Translations under genes and position numbers: made by a program
The notes under the pieces: model-generated
What the model was told of the DNA's origin: nothing
Databases searched by the model: none
The model's input: the letters and a program-made list of their open reading frames with translations, nothing else
Origin: Chrysomallon squamiferum
Lineage: Eukaryota > Animalia > Mollusca
Direction: 5' to 3'
Assembly (NCBI GenBank): GCA_012295275.1
Contig: CM022672.1
Location: 29,946,001 to 30,010,000, forward strand
Length of the DNA stretch: 64,000 nt
Shown: in pieces, positions 1 through 18,792 of the stretch
How the letters are laid out: every line of letters begins with the position of its first letter
How positions within the stretch are numbered: position 1 is the first letter of the stretch

Positions 1-1012
1 TGCTCTGACAGTGCACAGCTGGTCTGCAACACGTTTTTCACCTTAACAAGTGAGATTAATTTTGGTACTTGTGAAAAATAAAGCAAATTTTCTTTGTAAA
101 TAACAACACAACTACTTCATCATTCTGAACCTGATATCCAAGTGGCATTACAGGACCTAACCAAATCTGTGGGAGCTTATGTTGTACTAATGCTGGGCTG
201 CTTCAACTAGATTGAATTTTCTTTTGACCTGTAATAAATAATATTAATTAGGGAAGCAAAAATAATTTATTAACACATTGTAATATATATTCTGATAGTT
301 AAAAATATTGTTTGTTTTTGCATATACTAAAACTGATTTTGACTTTCATTTAGTGATAAAGAAAATTCACTGGACACCCAAGACTTCCAGTTAACTATAA
401 TCAGTTTTAGCAAAGGAAGTTTCATAAATGTTATATTCTTTTAATTTTGGAACTTTTAGTTAATATATTTAATTTTATATTGAAGATCTCACAATAAGAA
501 AAACCTAATTGCTATTTTGAACTTTAAAAAAAATATATATTTTTGATAAAAATTATTGGTTGTGGTACTGTTTGTGTGTGTGTTTTGTAATTACATATCT
601 TTGCTGTCAATGAATTTCAGTCTGTTTAGGCTTCAAATTGAGTGAGATATGCTGATGATATTCAAATAATTTTTGTTTTTGTTTACAGTGTTGACTTACA
701 AATATATAAGAAACAACTGTTAATGTATAGATTACTCTCTGTATGACACACACACATATTAAACTTTTTAATAGCATCAACATACATGGAGTAGTATTAT
801 GTTTTATGGATGTCGACCTTTTGGAAGTAATTAAGGCATTGAATTTTCTATCCTTGCTCTATACCTGTTTAATCAATACTTTTATTTTATGTATGTCAAT
901 AATAATTTTTAAAAAAGAATAAAAATGTATAGCTATTTGAAATCAACTTTTTGTTGTATTAACATTTAAATATTCATGGTTTATAGTCTTTTCATTTATA
1001 TAGAATCTGAAG

Positions 1013-1080
<68 letters not shown>

Positions 1081-2730
1081 CATACACATGTACACAGAAT
1101 AACTGCTCCCATCTTAAAATAAAACATTTATCCTGCGAAGGTAAAGATTCTCTTGTTCAGTGAGGCTCTGATGAGCTGCATTGGCCAGTAGACCAGAGGA
1201 GAATAAAAAAAATTATCACAGTAACTAGTTATTACTTTTATTCTGCAATTCTAAATAATACAAAAATTGAATGAAATTAACTCTTTTTTATTTCTCAACA
1301 GTACTAGATTCACACATATTTATTTCTTTATCACTGTGCATCAAAATAAAATAGTTTGTAAATAAAAATATTTTTTTTTTTATTTTTTTTAATTCAAACA
1401 GTTTTCAAGATACTCTTTTAAGATCAAAACTAACAATTAAAAGCTTTGAACAATTAAAATATATGCAGAAGCAGATTATGGGGGAGTCTTTCAGAAACAA
1501 TATGTGAATGTTTATAATTTGAAATTGTAAATTTTACAGTGATTGCTTATTGCTAATTAATGACATTGCTGTCTCTTCCCTGATGCTTGCCACCATATCT
1601 GTTGTGTCAAGTTCAGCTCAAATGTTCAGGCATGAGAGGATGCACACAGGTGGACATGAGTTTTATTTAGTATTTTTAATTTATTTTTATTTTTTAAATA
1701 TATATAGATAGACACACTCGTACACGTTGTACCTTTATTGCACTTTTAGATTATGACTTTCTACTACACATTCAGGTTGTACTTGTAATGTGTCATGTTA
1801 TCACAAATCAAACACTTCAAATAATATATTCATTTCTTTTGTCAAATACATCTGTCATTAATGTGGGCCACATTATATTTGCTTTACCAACAAATGTGGC
1901 ATATTTTTTTTTTTGTGCAAAGGTCTGGCTGAAGATATCTTTTCTTAACTTATTTCCACTCTGTCTAATTCGGGTTTTAGAGGAGTATATAATTATTCTG
2001 TTGTTATAAAATGTGTTAATAAATTAAAAAAATATATTGCTTTAATGATTTTTTGTTTATTGGTGTATTTTATTTATTTTTTTATTTATTATTATTTTTT
2101 CTTAAGCATTATTTATTTTATGTACTTGTTTTTAACAAAAATGAAAGTGAGTATTTTCATATTAAGTAACCAGTGAATTTCTTTTAAAGTAATCACATTT
2201 TACCTTTTATAAAAAAAAAAAAAAACCCAGAAAAACCCCACCCACAACGACTAATTTCAAATTCTAACACCCAAACATGGCTCATTAAAATAAAACTAAA
2301 TAAATCTTTAATTTTTCTGCTAGCAAATGAAGCGCTTTCTTGCATTCGGTTTGTTGCATACACATATGGTGCTGCAACTGGGCAAATCTATGATGGAGCT
2401 GTAAATAAAATATGATACAGAATCTGACACCTCACAACCCAGGTTAGAGTAAGCAAGATAAAGTTACGTTTTCTGGAAACACTGGTTTGGCAGATGTATC
2501 AGTCTAATGGGACTAATGCATCTAGGAAATAGTTTTGTTCTAGTACCACATTAGAAAAATTTCTATCTGTAATATAGATATAAAGTGTTCGTTATCTTGT
2601 AACTGGATAAATCTCTGGTGACACCCTGATACTTGATGTATGTAGCGAGAGACCAGTGATACTGTGTCGTATGTGGCTTATTTTGAACTAGCTAATTACA
2701 GAATGAAAAGTGACGATTCTTGTCTAAATT

Positions 2731-2847
<117 letters not shown>

Positions 2848-3077
2848 AGACTCAGTAGTTTCACCAGTGTTAACGACTGCTGTGTACGACGACAGAGAAA
2901 GCTAAACACTGGTATTTATTTTAGAGATGTTATTTCAGAATCGTGGGGAGTAGCGACTTATATCCTTCTTTTCATGCCTTCTCTAAAAATAATATCCACT
3001 GTACAACTCAATTTTATTTATTTATTTTATATTATTTATTTTAATTTTTGTTGTTGTTGTTGTTGTTGTTGTTTTCT

Positions 3078-8725
<5,648 letters not shown>

Positions 8726-8877
8726 CTGAAAATATCAAAACATAAAACTCTTCAAATATTATTACAGACACAGAAATATGTAAACAAGTTTAAATGTTTA
8801 GAGCAAACGTATGTGACAGTTTTTTAACTTCTTATAAATACGTGTACAGCAGCTTGCAGGTAACTGAATAAAAATAA

Positions 8878-8924
<47 letters not shown>

Positions 8925-8976
8925 ACAACAAACAAATAAACAAATAAATAAATATAAAGAAGAATGTGAGACTTAC

Positions 8977-9040
8977 TTTTAGATGACGGGAGTGTAAATT
9001 TGACATTAACCTGAGCTCCAGAGAAGTCAACTTTGTAGTT
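8977..9040 (-). other. Candidate non-coding 5'UTR exon of gene 1 (5' boundary unknown)
   Basis: The ATG exon starts at an acceptor, so an upstream UTR exon is implied; nearest strong donor is TAAA|gtaagt at 8977/8976 (another candidate near 9519). Confidence 0.4.
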
Positions 9041-9851
9041 AAAATATTAATTTTCCTTTCAGTTTTATAACGTTTAAAGAAATGAAGATTATAGGAAAAA
9101 AGATCAATTTGTTTTCAAAAATCGCTGTTTTCATATTCAGCAACAAAAGAGTAGTTATTAAGGATAAAAATTAATTTAGGTTTATAATTTGATGAAAGTG
9201 ATCAAAAATCAATATAGAACAAAGATAAAGGATATGGAACCTGTTTACTCTATTTCTTTTTTAATTTTTGTTTTTAGATTTTTGTTTTTATTATTATTAT
9301 TATTTTTTAATTTTTAATTATTACTTTTTATTTTTGCTTAATTTTTTTTAATTTTTATTGTTATTTGTTTTATTTTTTTTTTTTTTTTTTGTTCGTCTTA
9401 CTGACACAAGATAATAACACAAACTTCAAAGAAAAGCAGCACAAAGAACAAATTATTCAAATTAATATTAGTAATGACAGCATGAAGTAATCAAAAACGT
9501 TCTGTTCACCTAGACTTACACATCGACATTAATTTGAAATCTGTAATCTAGTCATACCATGCACGGGTATATCGATAAGTTAATAAGTGTATCAAAATAA
9601 TCTTTCAGTGTAAACCGACATGTGAACCGTACAGACGATGAATAGCAGCGATAATATAATCAATAATATAATTATGATTAGATGTAATAATGATAATGAT
9701 AATAATAATAATAATAGTAATAATAATAATAATAGCAACAACAACTGCAACAACAACTGCAACAACAACATATATTAATTGTGATTAGATGTAATAATAA
9801 TAATCATAGCAATAACAATAGCAGCAACTCCAACAACAACAACAACAACAA

Positions 9852-9930
<79 letters not shown>

Positions 9931-10569
9931 GTTGTTGTTGTTGTTGTTGTTGTTAATGACGATGATGATGTTATTGTTGTTGCTGCTGTTGCTGCTTTGC
10001 TGTTGGTTTATTTATTTATTTTATTTTATTTATGCTTAATTAGAAACATATTAGACAAGCTCAGCTCTAGATCAGATTCGTACTGAGGTCATACAGATAG
10101 CATTAGCAAACATTTAAGATATACAGAAAATGCTTAGCAATAGTTGAAATTCTAAAACAGAAAAATGTTTTTGAATTTCAAATTGTTTCTAAACTTGGTA
10201 ATGCAATTGGTAATGCAAACTTGGTAATGCATCTAAAATCATGGATACGTCTGCTTCTCTGTGTTAATTTAACTGACAAATTAAGTGAAACAGTTAAAAA
10301 TTTATTTATCCTCAGTTTACTTTACATTTGTAGAATTTAAATACGACTTTTACAATAAGAGCCATTATTTCACAAGTTCATTCTAAGTTATCGCTGTAGG
10401 TGTGGTGAGTTGTATAACTTATGACCATCAACAGTTTGTGCTCCAAATTGTATTTCTAGTCCTTGTAAATGTGAGAGATGTGTGTAAACTTTTAGTACAC
10501 AGATTTCCGATTCCCTGTATAAGGGACCCTTTACTACTTAATCCCACCCGTTAAAAACTATTTTATTCC

Positions 10570-10585
10570 ATGTTCGATATGGCAG
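10570..10585 (+). CDS. Gene 2 tentative first coding exon MFDMA(D)
   Basis: ATG TTC GAT ATG GCA G|gttagt gives the phase-1 donor needed by the 11203 exon; no signal peptide, so uncertain. Confidence 0.35.
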
Positions 10586-11455
10586 GTTAGTCTGTCAGAT
10601 GTGTTTGTTCTGTTTCTATTTTGAACCTGCAAAGTGATCACACACGCTCATATACACACACAGAAAAAACACACCATACTAACAGATTTTACGTCATCAT
10701 GAAATCATAAATTGATGACGTCATATACATGCTTTAGCAAAAATATATCTAGGTCGACTGAGAGCGAGTGATTCTCGAACGTAATGTCATCTCGTAAGAA
10801 GTCTGCCATTCTTTAATTATATTCAAATACATGCAGTGAAAATTTTAGGGATCATGGAATACAACCATACTAGGAAACTAAAATTAAAATAAAATAAATA
10901 TCTTAGTTAAAGGTTATTGAAATGAAAAAAAACAAAAATGGACTAATTTTCTTGGTAAGTCTTAAATATGATTTTGTTTTCTTTATAATTTATTTCATTT
11001 AATTGCGATAAAGATCACGAATATATGAAACCAAAGTGACATACTGTCCATGATCCCTAACTTATTATATTAATATAGATATAACTGATATGCAGTATAG
11101 GCTCATGCAAATATTCACGTACCAGTATCAGAATTAAACTTTCTATCACTCAGGTTATTGAAAACAATTTACACTGAAATTATCTTAAATTTATTTTTAA
11201 AGATGTCCATTGGTCAGAATGGGTGAAAATAGGTACAGGTCCTTGTATTTCGTGTGTAGAAAATGAGACGTGGCATAGAAATTGCATCAAAGATTACAAT
11301 TTTCAACATCTTCAGTGTCCGGGCTCCGAAACATTAAATCGTACTCAAGCCTGCTACTGCGGTAACCTAAGTACGCAGAAAAAGTCTTATGTATATAAAT
11401 TTATATATATTAAAACAGCAACCAATCAAAAAAGTCCAACCTATACAACCTACAA

Positions 11456-11515
<60 letters not shown>

Positions 11516-11898
11516 TCATATACATACAGACATTTGTACATTCATAAAAATAATATTAGAAATAACAACAACAGCAAAACAAATATATCGACAGTTATTC
11601 ACACACAACATACACAGTCACAAACACACGTACATAGATGAGAGTTTATACGTAGAGGTGTGTGTATCTACGTCTCTGTGTGTTTGTACTTCTGTGTGTG
11701 TACTTCTGTGTGTGTACTTCTGTGTGTGTACGCGTCTGTTTATACGTATGTGTGGTCCGAACAAGCTGTAACTTGTTAATAAGGTGTAGATGTCTCTTCT
11801 GTAATTCTAAAAGAGAAAGAAAAGAACGCACACACACACATATATACTAAGACACACAGACATACAGACACGCACAAACACATAAACACAGAAACTGA

Positions 11899-11958
<60 letters not shown>

Positions 11959-11960
11959 TC

Positions 11961-12021
<61 letters not shown>

Positions 12022-12605
12022 ATTGTTTTATCATCATCATTACCATTATGTTATGTTATTTTTTTCTTTTCTTTTACAGAAAGCGTGCTTTATATAATGG
12101 CTATTGCTTTCATTTTATGTTGTATTGTAGCTGTTTTTGTCTATATATGGTAAGTAATTTAACTTTATTCTGATACATACAGACATACATATTTATCTAT
12201 CACACACACATATACTTAGATAAATTGATACATGCATACATTCACACACATATAAACACACACATCCATATATACATACATGCACATATACATACATACA
12301 TATAGGCATAAATGCATACACATACACACATACATACATATATATATATATATACATACATATATATATATATGATATACATGCATTTACTTAAATCCAC
12401 ATTAAATCAATTAAAAAAAGTAAGTTAAAAATCATTTAATTTAGAATAGCAAGCATTTACTTCAGACGATCGTTTCAAAACATAAATTCAAATGTCTACT
12501 CATATTTAGTTGACCATGTGCTTAATCACAGCCAGTAATGTAAGAGGCTCATGTACTCTGTTACTACTTTAATCAGTAATCAAAGTGACGTTATGTGTTT
12601 AATAA

Positions 12606-12655
<50 letters not shown>

Positions 12656-12758
12656 ATGCATACAACAATACTGAGAATTACTAATTATCTAAATGAAACT
12701 GTAGGTTTACCAATTATTTTTTTTTTTTTTAATTTTCATTACTATTATTATTATTATT

Positions 12759-12809
<51 letters not shown>

Positions 12810-13046
12810 ATTTTTTTTTATTATTGTAAAAAAAAAATATAAATTTATTATTATTATTAAAACTGTTATTGTTGTTGTTGTTGTTACTGTTGTTGTTTTT
12901 GTTATTGTTCTTATTTGATTTATTTATTTATTTTATTTTATTTTTTTTTTTTTTTTTTTTTTTTTTTATTATTACGCAGCATTTTCGAATCACCGAGGTC
13001 ATATGAACAGAAGGGAGCTAGTCGTAAAAGAAAAAGAAGGAAATAA
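10570..13046 (+). CDS. Gene 2 (spliced): small single-pass membrane protein, TSP1-like ectodomain + TM + polybasic tail; exons (10570-10585?), 11203-11361, 12080-12149, 12980-13046; ~103 aa
   Basis: Three internal/terminal exons join in frame with canonical sites (phases 1,1,2) and end in TAA followed by AATAAA; the first exon is tentative. Confidence 0.72.
11203..11361 (+). CDS. Gene 2 exon: thrombospondin type-1-like domain
   Basis: ttatttttaaag|; VHWSEWVKIGTGPCISCVENETWHRNCIKDYNFQHLQCPGSETLNRTQACYC: WSxW, six Cys, RxC, CxG; donor G|gtaacc (alternative in-phase donor at 11370). Confidence 0.8.
12080..12149 (+). CDS. Gene 2 exon: transmembrane helix SVLYIMAIAFILCCIVAVFVYI
   Basis: Long polypyrimidine tract ttttacag|; donor TG|gtaagt; 70 nt, phase 1 to 2. 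Confidence 0.85.
12980..13046 (+). CDS. Gene 2 last exon: cytoplasmic tail CIFESPRSYEQKGASRKRKRRK*
   Basis: Poly-T tract, acgcag| phase 2 matches the previous exon; TAA at 13044-13046; AATAAA at 13048. Confidence 0.8.
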
Positions 13047-13122
13047 AAATAAAGTTCTCCGAAGACGAATTAATAAGAATGGAATCTTCCACTGTATATA
13101 TGTTTTATTTTTTAATTTTATA

Positions 13123-13179
<57 letters not shown>

Positions 13180-13419
13180 TATTATCATTATTATTATTAT
13201 TATATTGCTGTAGTGCTTCTTTACTTTCTATGTCTTCGGGTATTGACTTTTTTCCTTTTTTTTATTATTTTATTATTCATTCATTCGTTCATTCATTTAT
13301 TTTATTTTAGTTTAGTTTAATTTATTTTACTTATTTATTTTTATATATGAGTTGCTTCTTTTCATCTCTACATACAAACATATACGGTTCTATTACAAGG
13401 CATCAACAACACATATGAT

Positions 13420-13700
13420 TTACGCAAGCGGCGAAGGAACATCGGATCAAACCTTGGAGCTATTTCTCGTTCCAGTCTGTGCTCCAAAAATGAGGTAAAG
13501 AGGCCATGGTCAGTATTGCCCTATTAATAGAAAGACGCTTATAAACGAATCCTTCACTCTAATGTAAAATCATGAAGACTGAATCAGGGATTATCTCCCT
13601 TTATCTGGGTCGTCCTTAACCATAATATTATAGCCAGTACCATATAATTTTAACTATAAGTGGTGTATCTTTAAATAAAATATATTCTTTCGTTTCCTTT
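13420..13700 (+). mobile_element. Decayed near-full-length tRNA-derived SINE
   Basis: Ordered blocks ggatcaaacc, gctatttctcgttccag, ggccatggt, catgaag, gtccttaaccata, ttaaataaaa..ttcctttc. The 5' and central blocks recur in other copies in the window, and the whole matches my recollection of an abundant gastropod SINE. Confidence 0.65.
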
Positions 13701-13876
13701 CTTAATTTCCATCAAAAAAGACGGTGCACGGATAATAACACAGAGAAAAACAAAGTTTGTGTAAAACGTGTAGTACATGTTTAAAAATAAGCTTAGAATG
13801 AAATGTATTTATTTATTTTCTACTACTACTATTATTACAGCTACTACTACTACCACTACTACTACTACTACTATTA

Positions 13877-13915
<39 letters not shown>

Positions 13916-14577
13916 TGCTATTATTATTTTTTAATTATTATCATACTGTTACTCTTGTTAATGTTACGTTACACACACAAATAATAAGACAAATATATCT
14001 AACACTTACGTAACTGTATTATGTACATTGTAGAAATCAGTTTTAAGTGTCCAACGTAACAAAATTAAAATTTAAAAGTTATATTTTCCAAATATCTATG
14101 AATAAACATACTGATGATACTGGAAGTGCTAGTTTCACCTAGAAAATCATGTTTAATTTGTTTTGATCCGTGATGCGTCGACCTCGATAATGCGGGCACC
14201 TAGCAAAGGGTATTTTTCTTACTAGATTAATCCGGGTTAGTAACTGTGATTTTTCTCGCAACCATCTCATTTGTATTTTACATAGTCAGAATAATGGAAA
14301 ATAGAAAAAAAAGGTATTCATTTAGTCCGATCACGTGACAATTAAATGACGTAACACGAATGAAGAAATCATAAAATCGGCCTTTTCCAAATATCCAGCC
14401 TAAGATGCGCTTTTATTTATCAGTAAGAAGCGTTTAACATTTATTAGAGTACAGTATAGTATAGCATAATACAGTATAGTATATTATAATATATTATACT
14501 ATAGCATAGTTTAGTTTAGTATAGTACAGTACTGTATTAAAATAAAATAGATGTAAAATTCATTATCAAGGTTTGCT

Positions 14578-14700
14578 TTATCAAAGATGGTGGTATGTAC
14601 TGTCCTACCTATGAAAGATGAAATAAAAGATTGTTTTGTCGATGTAAGTCAACAATGAAGTATAACCAGCAGATCCCTTTTCTCATACCATTAATTTAAA
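14578..14700 (+). mobile_element. SINE central fragment
   Basis: tcaaag..gtggtatgtactgtcct..ataaaagat block, partly shared with the 15960, 20900 and 63210 fragments. Confidence 0.45.
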
Positions 14701-15428
14701 AAATAACACGTAACCTGAATAATTATCAACACAAAATGTATGATATGTATGTAAGAAGAAAGAACCCGGTTGTTTTACGCGTTTTCAGTCTGCTTTAAAC
14801 TGCGTCATGCACGGAGAGAGATACGTTAAGAAGACAAGCGCATATAAAAACAACAACATGAATGAAGAGCCGTCAATCATGAGGAAACAATGTGCTTTTT
14901 CGACAAGATAAAAATTAATAATTAATTTAATTAATAATTAAAAATGATACCACTTACCAGCAATACTTGTCGAAGAAAATTATTTGTGGATCCCCCCCCC
15001 AAATAAATAAATAAATAAATACATTTTTTTAAATTTTAAAAAGGAGAAAAAAAGAATAGAAGTAATGGAGAAGAAGTAAGTTATTGGATTTTGGGGGGAT
15101 CTAGAACAGAATGAAATGATGAGCATGAACATTTCAATAACTCACAGATAAAATTGCCAGATCTTCAGGTGTTTTGTTTTGACATTTTGCTATATTTTTA
15201 TTAAATGCTGAGTTTTATTTCTTTGTTTGTTTATTTATTATTACTACAACAACAACAACAATAACTACTACTACTACTACTACTACTAGTACTACTGCTG
15301 CTGCTATTATTATTATCATTGTTATTATTACTATTATTATTATTATTATTATTATTATTTTGTACATATGTATACTAATATGATTTTTTTCTCTCATTCC
15401 CTTTTATTTTCTTTGTATTTATATGGGT

Positions 15429-15505
<77 letters not shown>

Positions 15506-16241
15506 TCCTTATTTAATTATTTAAAAGTTGTTGTTAAATATATATATATAGAATACTTTTTTTTTTGCATATATTTTATCTTCAGTGAAGCCTATGAGTA
15601 TTAAATTACAGTCGAGATTTTTTTTTTTTATTATTATTTTTTCTTTTTTCAATTTCAGCAGTCCTGCTAATAAAATCAATAAAACACATCCATGTTTTGT
15701 ACTTCTATATTTCTGAAATACTCTGACATCTTCGCCGGCTGCCAAAATACACGCCAATTAAAGTGAGTCATGCTTCACAAGTGTAAAATGACTCAGTCGT
15801 GATAGATGATTTGAAACCAGCATCATGTAAGTCAGCGCAGCTTTAATATCCATTACTCAGTAATGACTTAGATAACACGAGATCGTTTCCATTCTGTCCA
15901 TCCTTCATTCATCCGTCCTTCATTCCTTCCTGATGATCTCATTGTGTTACTGTCCACTCATCAAAGGCTGCCATATAAAAGGTCTTGGCTATTGGATTCT
16001 GATACATATATTTAAAAAAAAAAAAAAATTAAAAAAATTAAAAACATTCTTTTGTTGCTAGGGGGAAAAGAATTTATAATGTTAAAAAAAAAAATCGTTT
16101 CCTATTTCCTTAAAGAGTAGTCAAAGTGTGGTGCAGCTGAAATTATTATAGGAAGCACACATAGGAAACAGTTACTCATAAACAGAACCAGATATAATTA
16201 TATATTTATATGTGTAGGTAAATAAGAGAGAGAGAAATAGG

Positions 16242-16277
<36 letters not shown>

Positions 16278-17394
16278 GAGAAAGAGTCTAACAGTTAAAC
16301 AGACAAAACAAAGAGAAAGAGAATCAGATTCCTAAATAACTAGACAGAAAGAAAGAAAGACAGACACACAGACAGACAGACTGATATATAGATAAATAGA
16401 TAGATACACAGAGAGATAGAGCAGACAGACAGAAAGGCAGGCAGGCAGACATACAGACAGACAGAGAGTTAGATACACAGAGAGACAGACAGACAGAGAG
16501 ATAGATGGACACACAGATAGACAGATATAGATATACAGGCTGTTAAAATATATATCTGCGTGTCTGTGTGTCTGTGTGTTTTTCTGTCTGTGCGTGTACG
16601 TACATGTGTTTGTGTGTGTGTGAACATTCCTGATACTAAACGATCAAGCTATCAGAGGTTTTAAAAATTAGCTTCATCTGTTTAAGCTGTCGACAGTTAT
16701 TTCCTGTGTTGTGTGGTATATCATTATTACGACGTGACCTCCGCACCATAACGAGACTGGTTTATTGTGTAAGCCCTTTATTATACATTTTACATGTCAT
16801 CACGTATAATTAATATGTTGATAAATTGTTCCCCAATCCGCCAGATGGTGCTTTCATAACCTTCCACCTTAACAGAATTTTTTGCACTTTCAGTTTAAAT
16901 CTACATAATTTATATTTCAGTTTAAACATGCACAATTTATATTCCAGTAGAGTCAGGTTATATCCTGGTGTGTAGAATATTCGTTTTTGGATCGTTAATT
17001 TAAATGATCGATCCCTTGTCGGTCTCTCCTTTAACAATATTTTAGTGCCGTACGTTAGGCTTATCAAATGTTATGGTACGTGTTTCCCTGCTTCTGGAAG
17101 TTGTTCGTTCAGACTTGGATGTCTTTTCTCAGTCACTATCTATAGCTCTGAACGTAAGAAGATTGGAAGGTCACAAGATCAACCATCGTGTGCTCATTTT
17201 TGTTTATATCTCGTTCCAACCATAGTTCTATGAATGGGACAAAAGCGATCTGACCTAATAAAATATGTTTAAATGAGTGATTGAATAATTTTTATTTTAT
17301 TATTATTAATTATTATATTATTATTGTGATCATTATTGGTGCGAAGAAAATGAAATTAAAAGTTTAGTGGATAGAAAGAAAAACTGTAATCAAA

Positions 17395-17429
<35 letters not shown>

Positions 17430-17457
17430 AAATTTAAAGAATCGAAACGAAAGATAG

Positions 17458-17532
<75 letters not shown>

Positions 17533-18232
17533 TAAAAAAATAATAGTGACGATGATGACGTCGACAGTGATGATGATGGAATAAAAGAAATAAAACAAAA
17601 TGAACTAAAATATATAAAGAAAGAATCGCCATTTTAGCGAAAACTGTAAACAAAATTTTGAGACAAATTTGTATTTAAAAAAACAAAGAAATATATATAT
17701 AAAGAAATCTATTTATCTCCGCTACTGCAAATAAGTGTTTATTTTGTAAGTAACCAGATTCTGAGATAGATTTACTTTCCAACTTTGTCCGTTGTGTATT
17801 CTGGCAAATAGCCATCAAAACTGTCCGTCAAATAAAGTCTTATTATTGTATTTTGATACAGGCTGGACCGATATCGAAACCGTAAGTCGTCCCGGGGCGC
17901 CTTTCTAACGTACAATCAGCCCCATCTCATAATCTACACTGACTCGGGACATCCTAAACCGAAATCTCACCCTGTAACAACAACGACTATCGCGCTGTGT
18001 TCGGCGGTTAGCACGAAATTCTGGAACCGGAATTCGGATCAGAAAAATTGTTATTGGTTTAAGATTATCATTCGCACGCGCCCCGCTTTCTTTGCTGTAA
18101 ATCCGGTAGCCGTTCAAATTCTAAGCCAGTTTTGTTTTTGTTTACTCGTTTTACTTTCAGAAATAACTTTCACTGTACATTGATCATAATTTTAAGGTCA
18201 CTGAGTATTATCGGAAAATCTAAATATCATAT

Positions 18233-18318
<86 letters not shown>

Positions 18319-18369
18319 CGCTCCTGTTGCTGTTTTCCTGTTTTGGCAGTTAATCTGTAATCGTTATCG

Positions 18370-18490
18370 GCATAGACATAACTACCATTAGGAGCTTTGG
18401 CTGGAACGGACAATTACAGACTAACCACCTAACGAGGTTTGATCCTTATACCTATTGTTTCCTGTCACTGTGTTTAACCACAACGATATC
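18370..18490 (-). mobile_element. Decayed SINE 5' part
   Basis: Reverse complement reads gtggttaaac...ggatcaaacctc...ccgttccagccaaagctcc, collinear with the 13420 copy. Confidence 0.55.
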
Positions 18491-18656
18491 GTTATAAACG
18501 TGACTATGAGGGTTATGGAAGGCGTTAAGTTAAGCTGCTTCTGAGTTAAATTGAGAAAATGACGCCGACTTAAACAGGATAAATCTGACTGGCGGTTATT
18601 ACGGTAGTTTAGACAAAAACTGTATCTAATTAAATTATTAATTACTCATCATGTCA

Positions 18657-18792
18657 GTGATATGATGGTTAAGCTGTCTGGCGTGAAACTTCAAAATCCT
18701 GGGTTCAAGGCCAGATACCAGACTCTGTGATAAGATGGTTAGGCAGTCACGCATAAATCTTGCAGATGTTGGGTTCGAATACAGATACCAGA
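18657..18792 (+). mobile_element. Tandem dimer (70-bp period) of tRNA-like SINE heads
   Basis: Two units gtgataWgatggttaRgcWgtc...gggttcRa...cagataccaga, each with A-box-like and B-box-like motifs. Confidence 0.6.

Noticed and set aside
100-230. Exon-like stretch at window start
   Set aside because: All three frames after the minus-strand acceptor at ~228 hit stops quickly; no recognisable product
10389-10487. Cys-rich frame YRCRCGELYNL*PSTVCAPNCISSPCKCERCV* with internal TGA (possible selenocysteine or decayed exon of gene 2)
   Set aside because: All Cys are TGT in a TG-rich stretch; there are no compatible splice sites and I could not identify a SECIS
10913-10954. Strong donor TTG|gtaagt at 10954 as gene 2's first coding exon
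   Set aside because: ATG at 10922 gives phase 0, incompatible with the phase-1 TSP1 exon; the phase-1 frame has TGA at 10918 and no ATG. An indel in the A-run could change this.
17862-17881. 20-nt plus-strand microexon-like unit (atacag|...|gtaagt)
   Set aside because: Not frame-preserving and no host transcript identifiable
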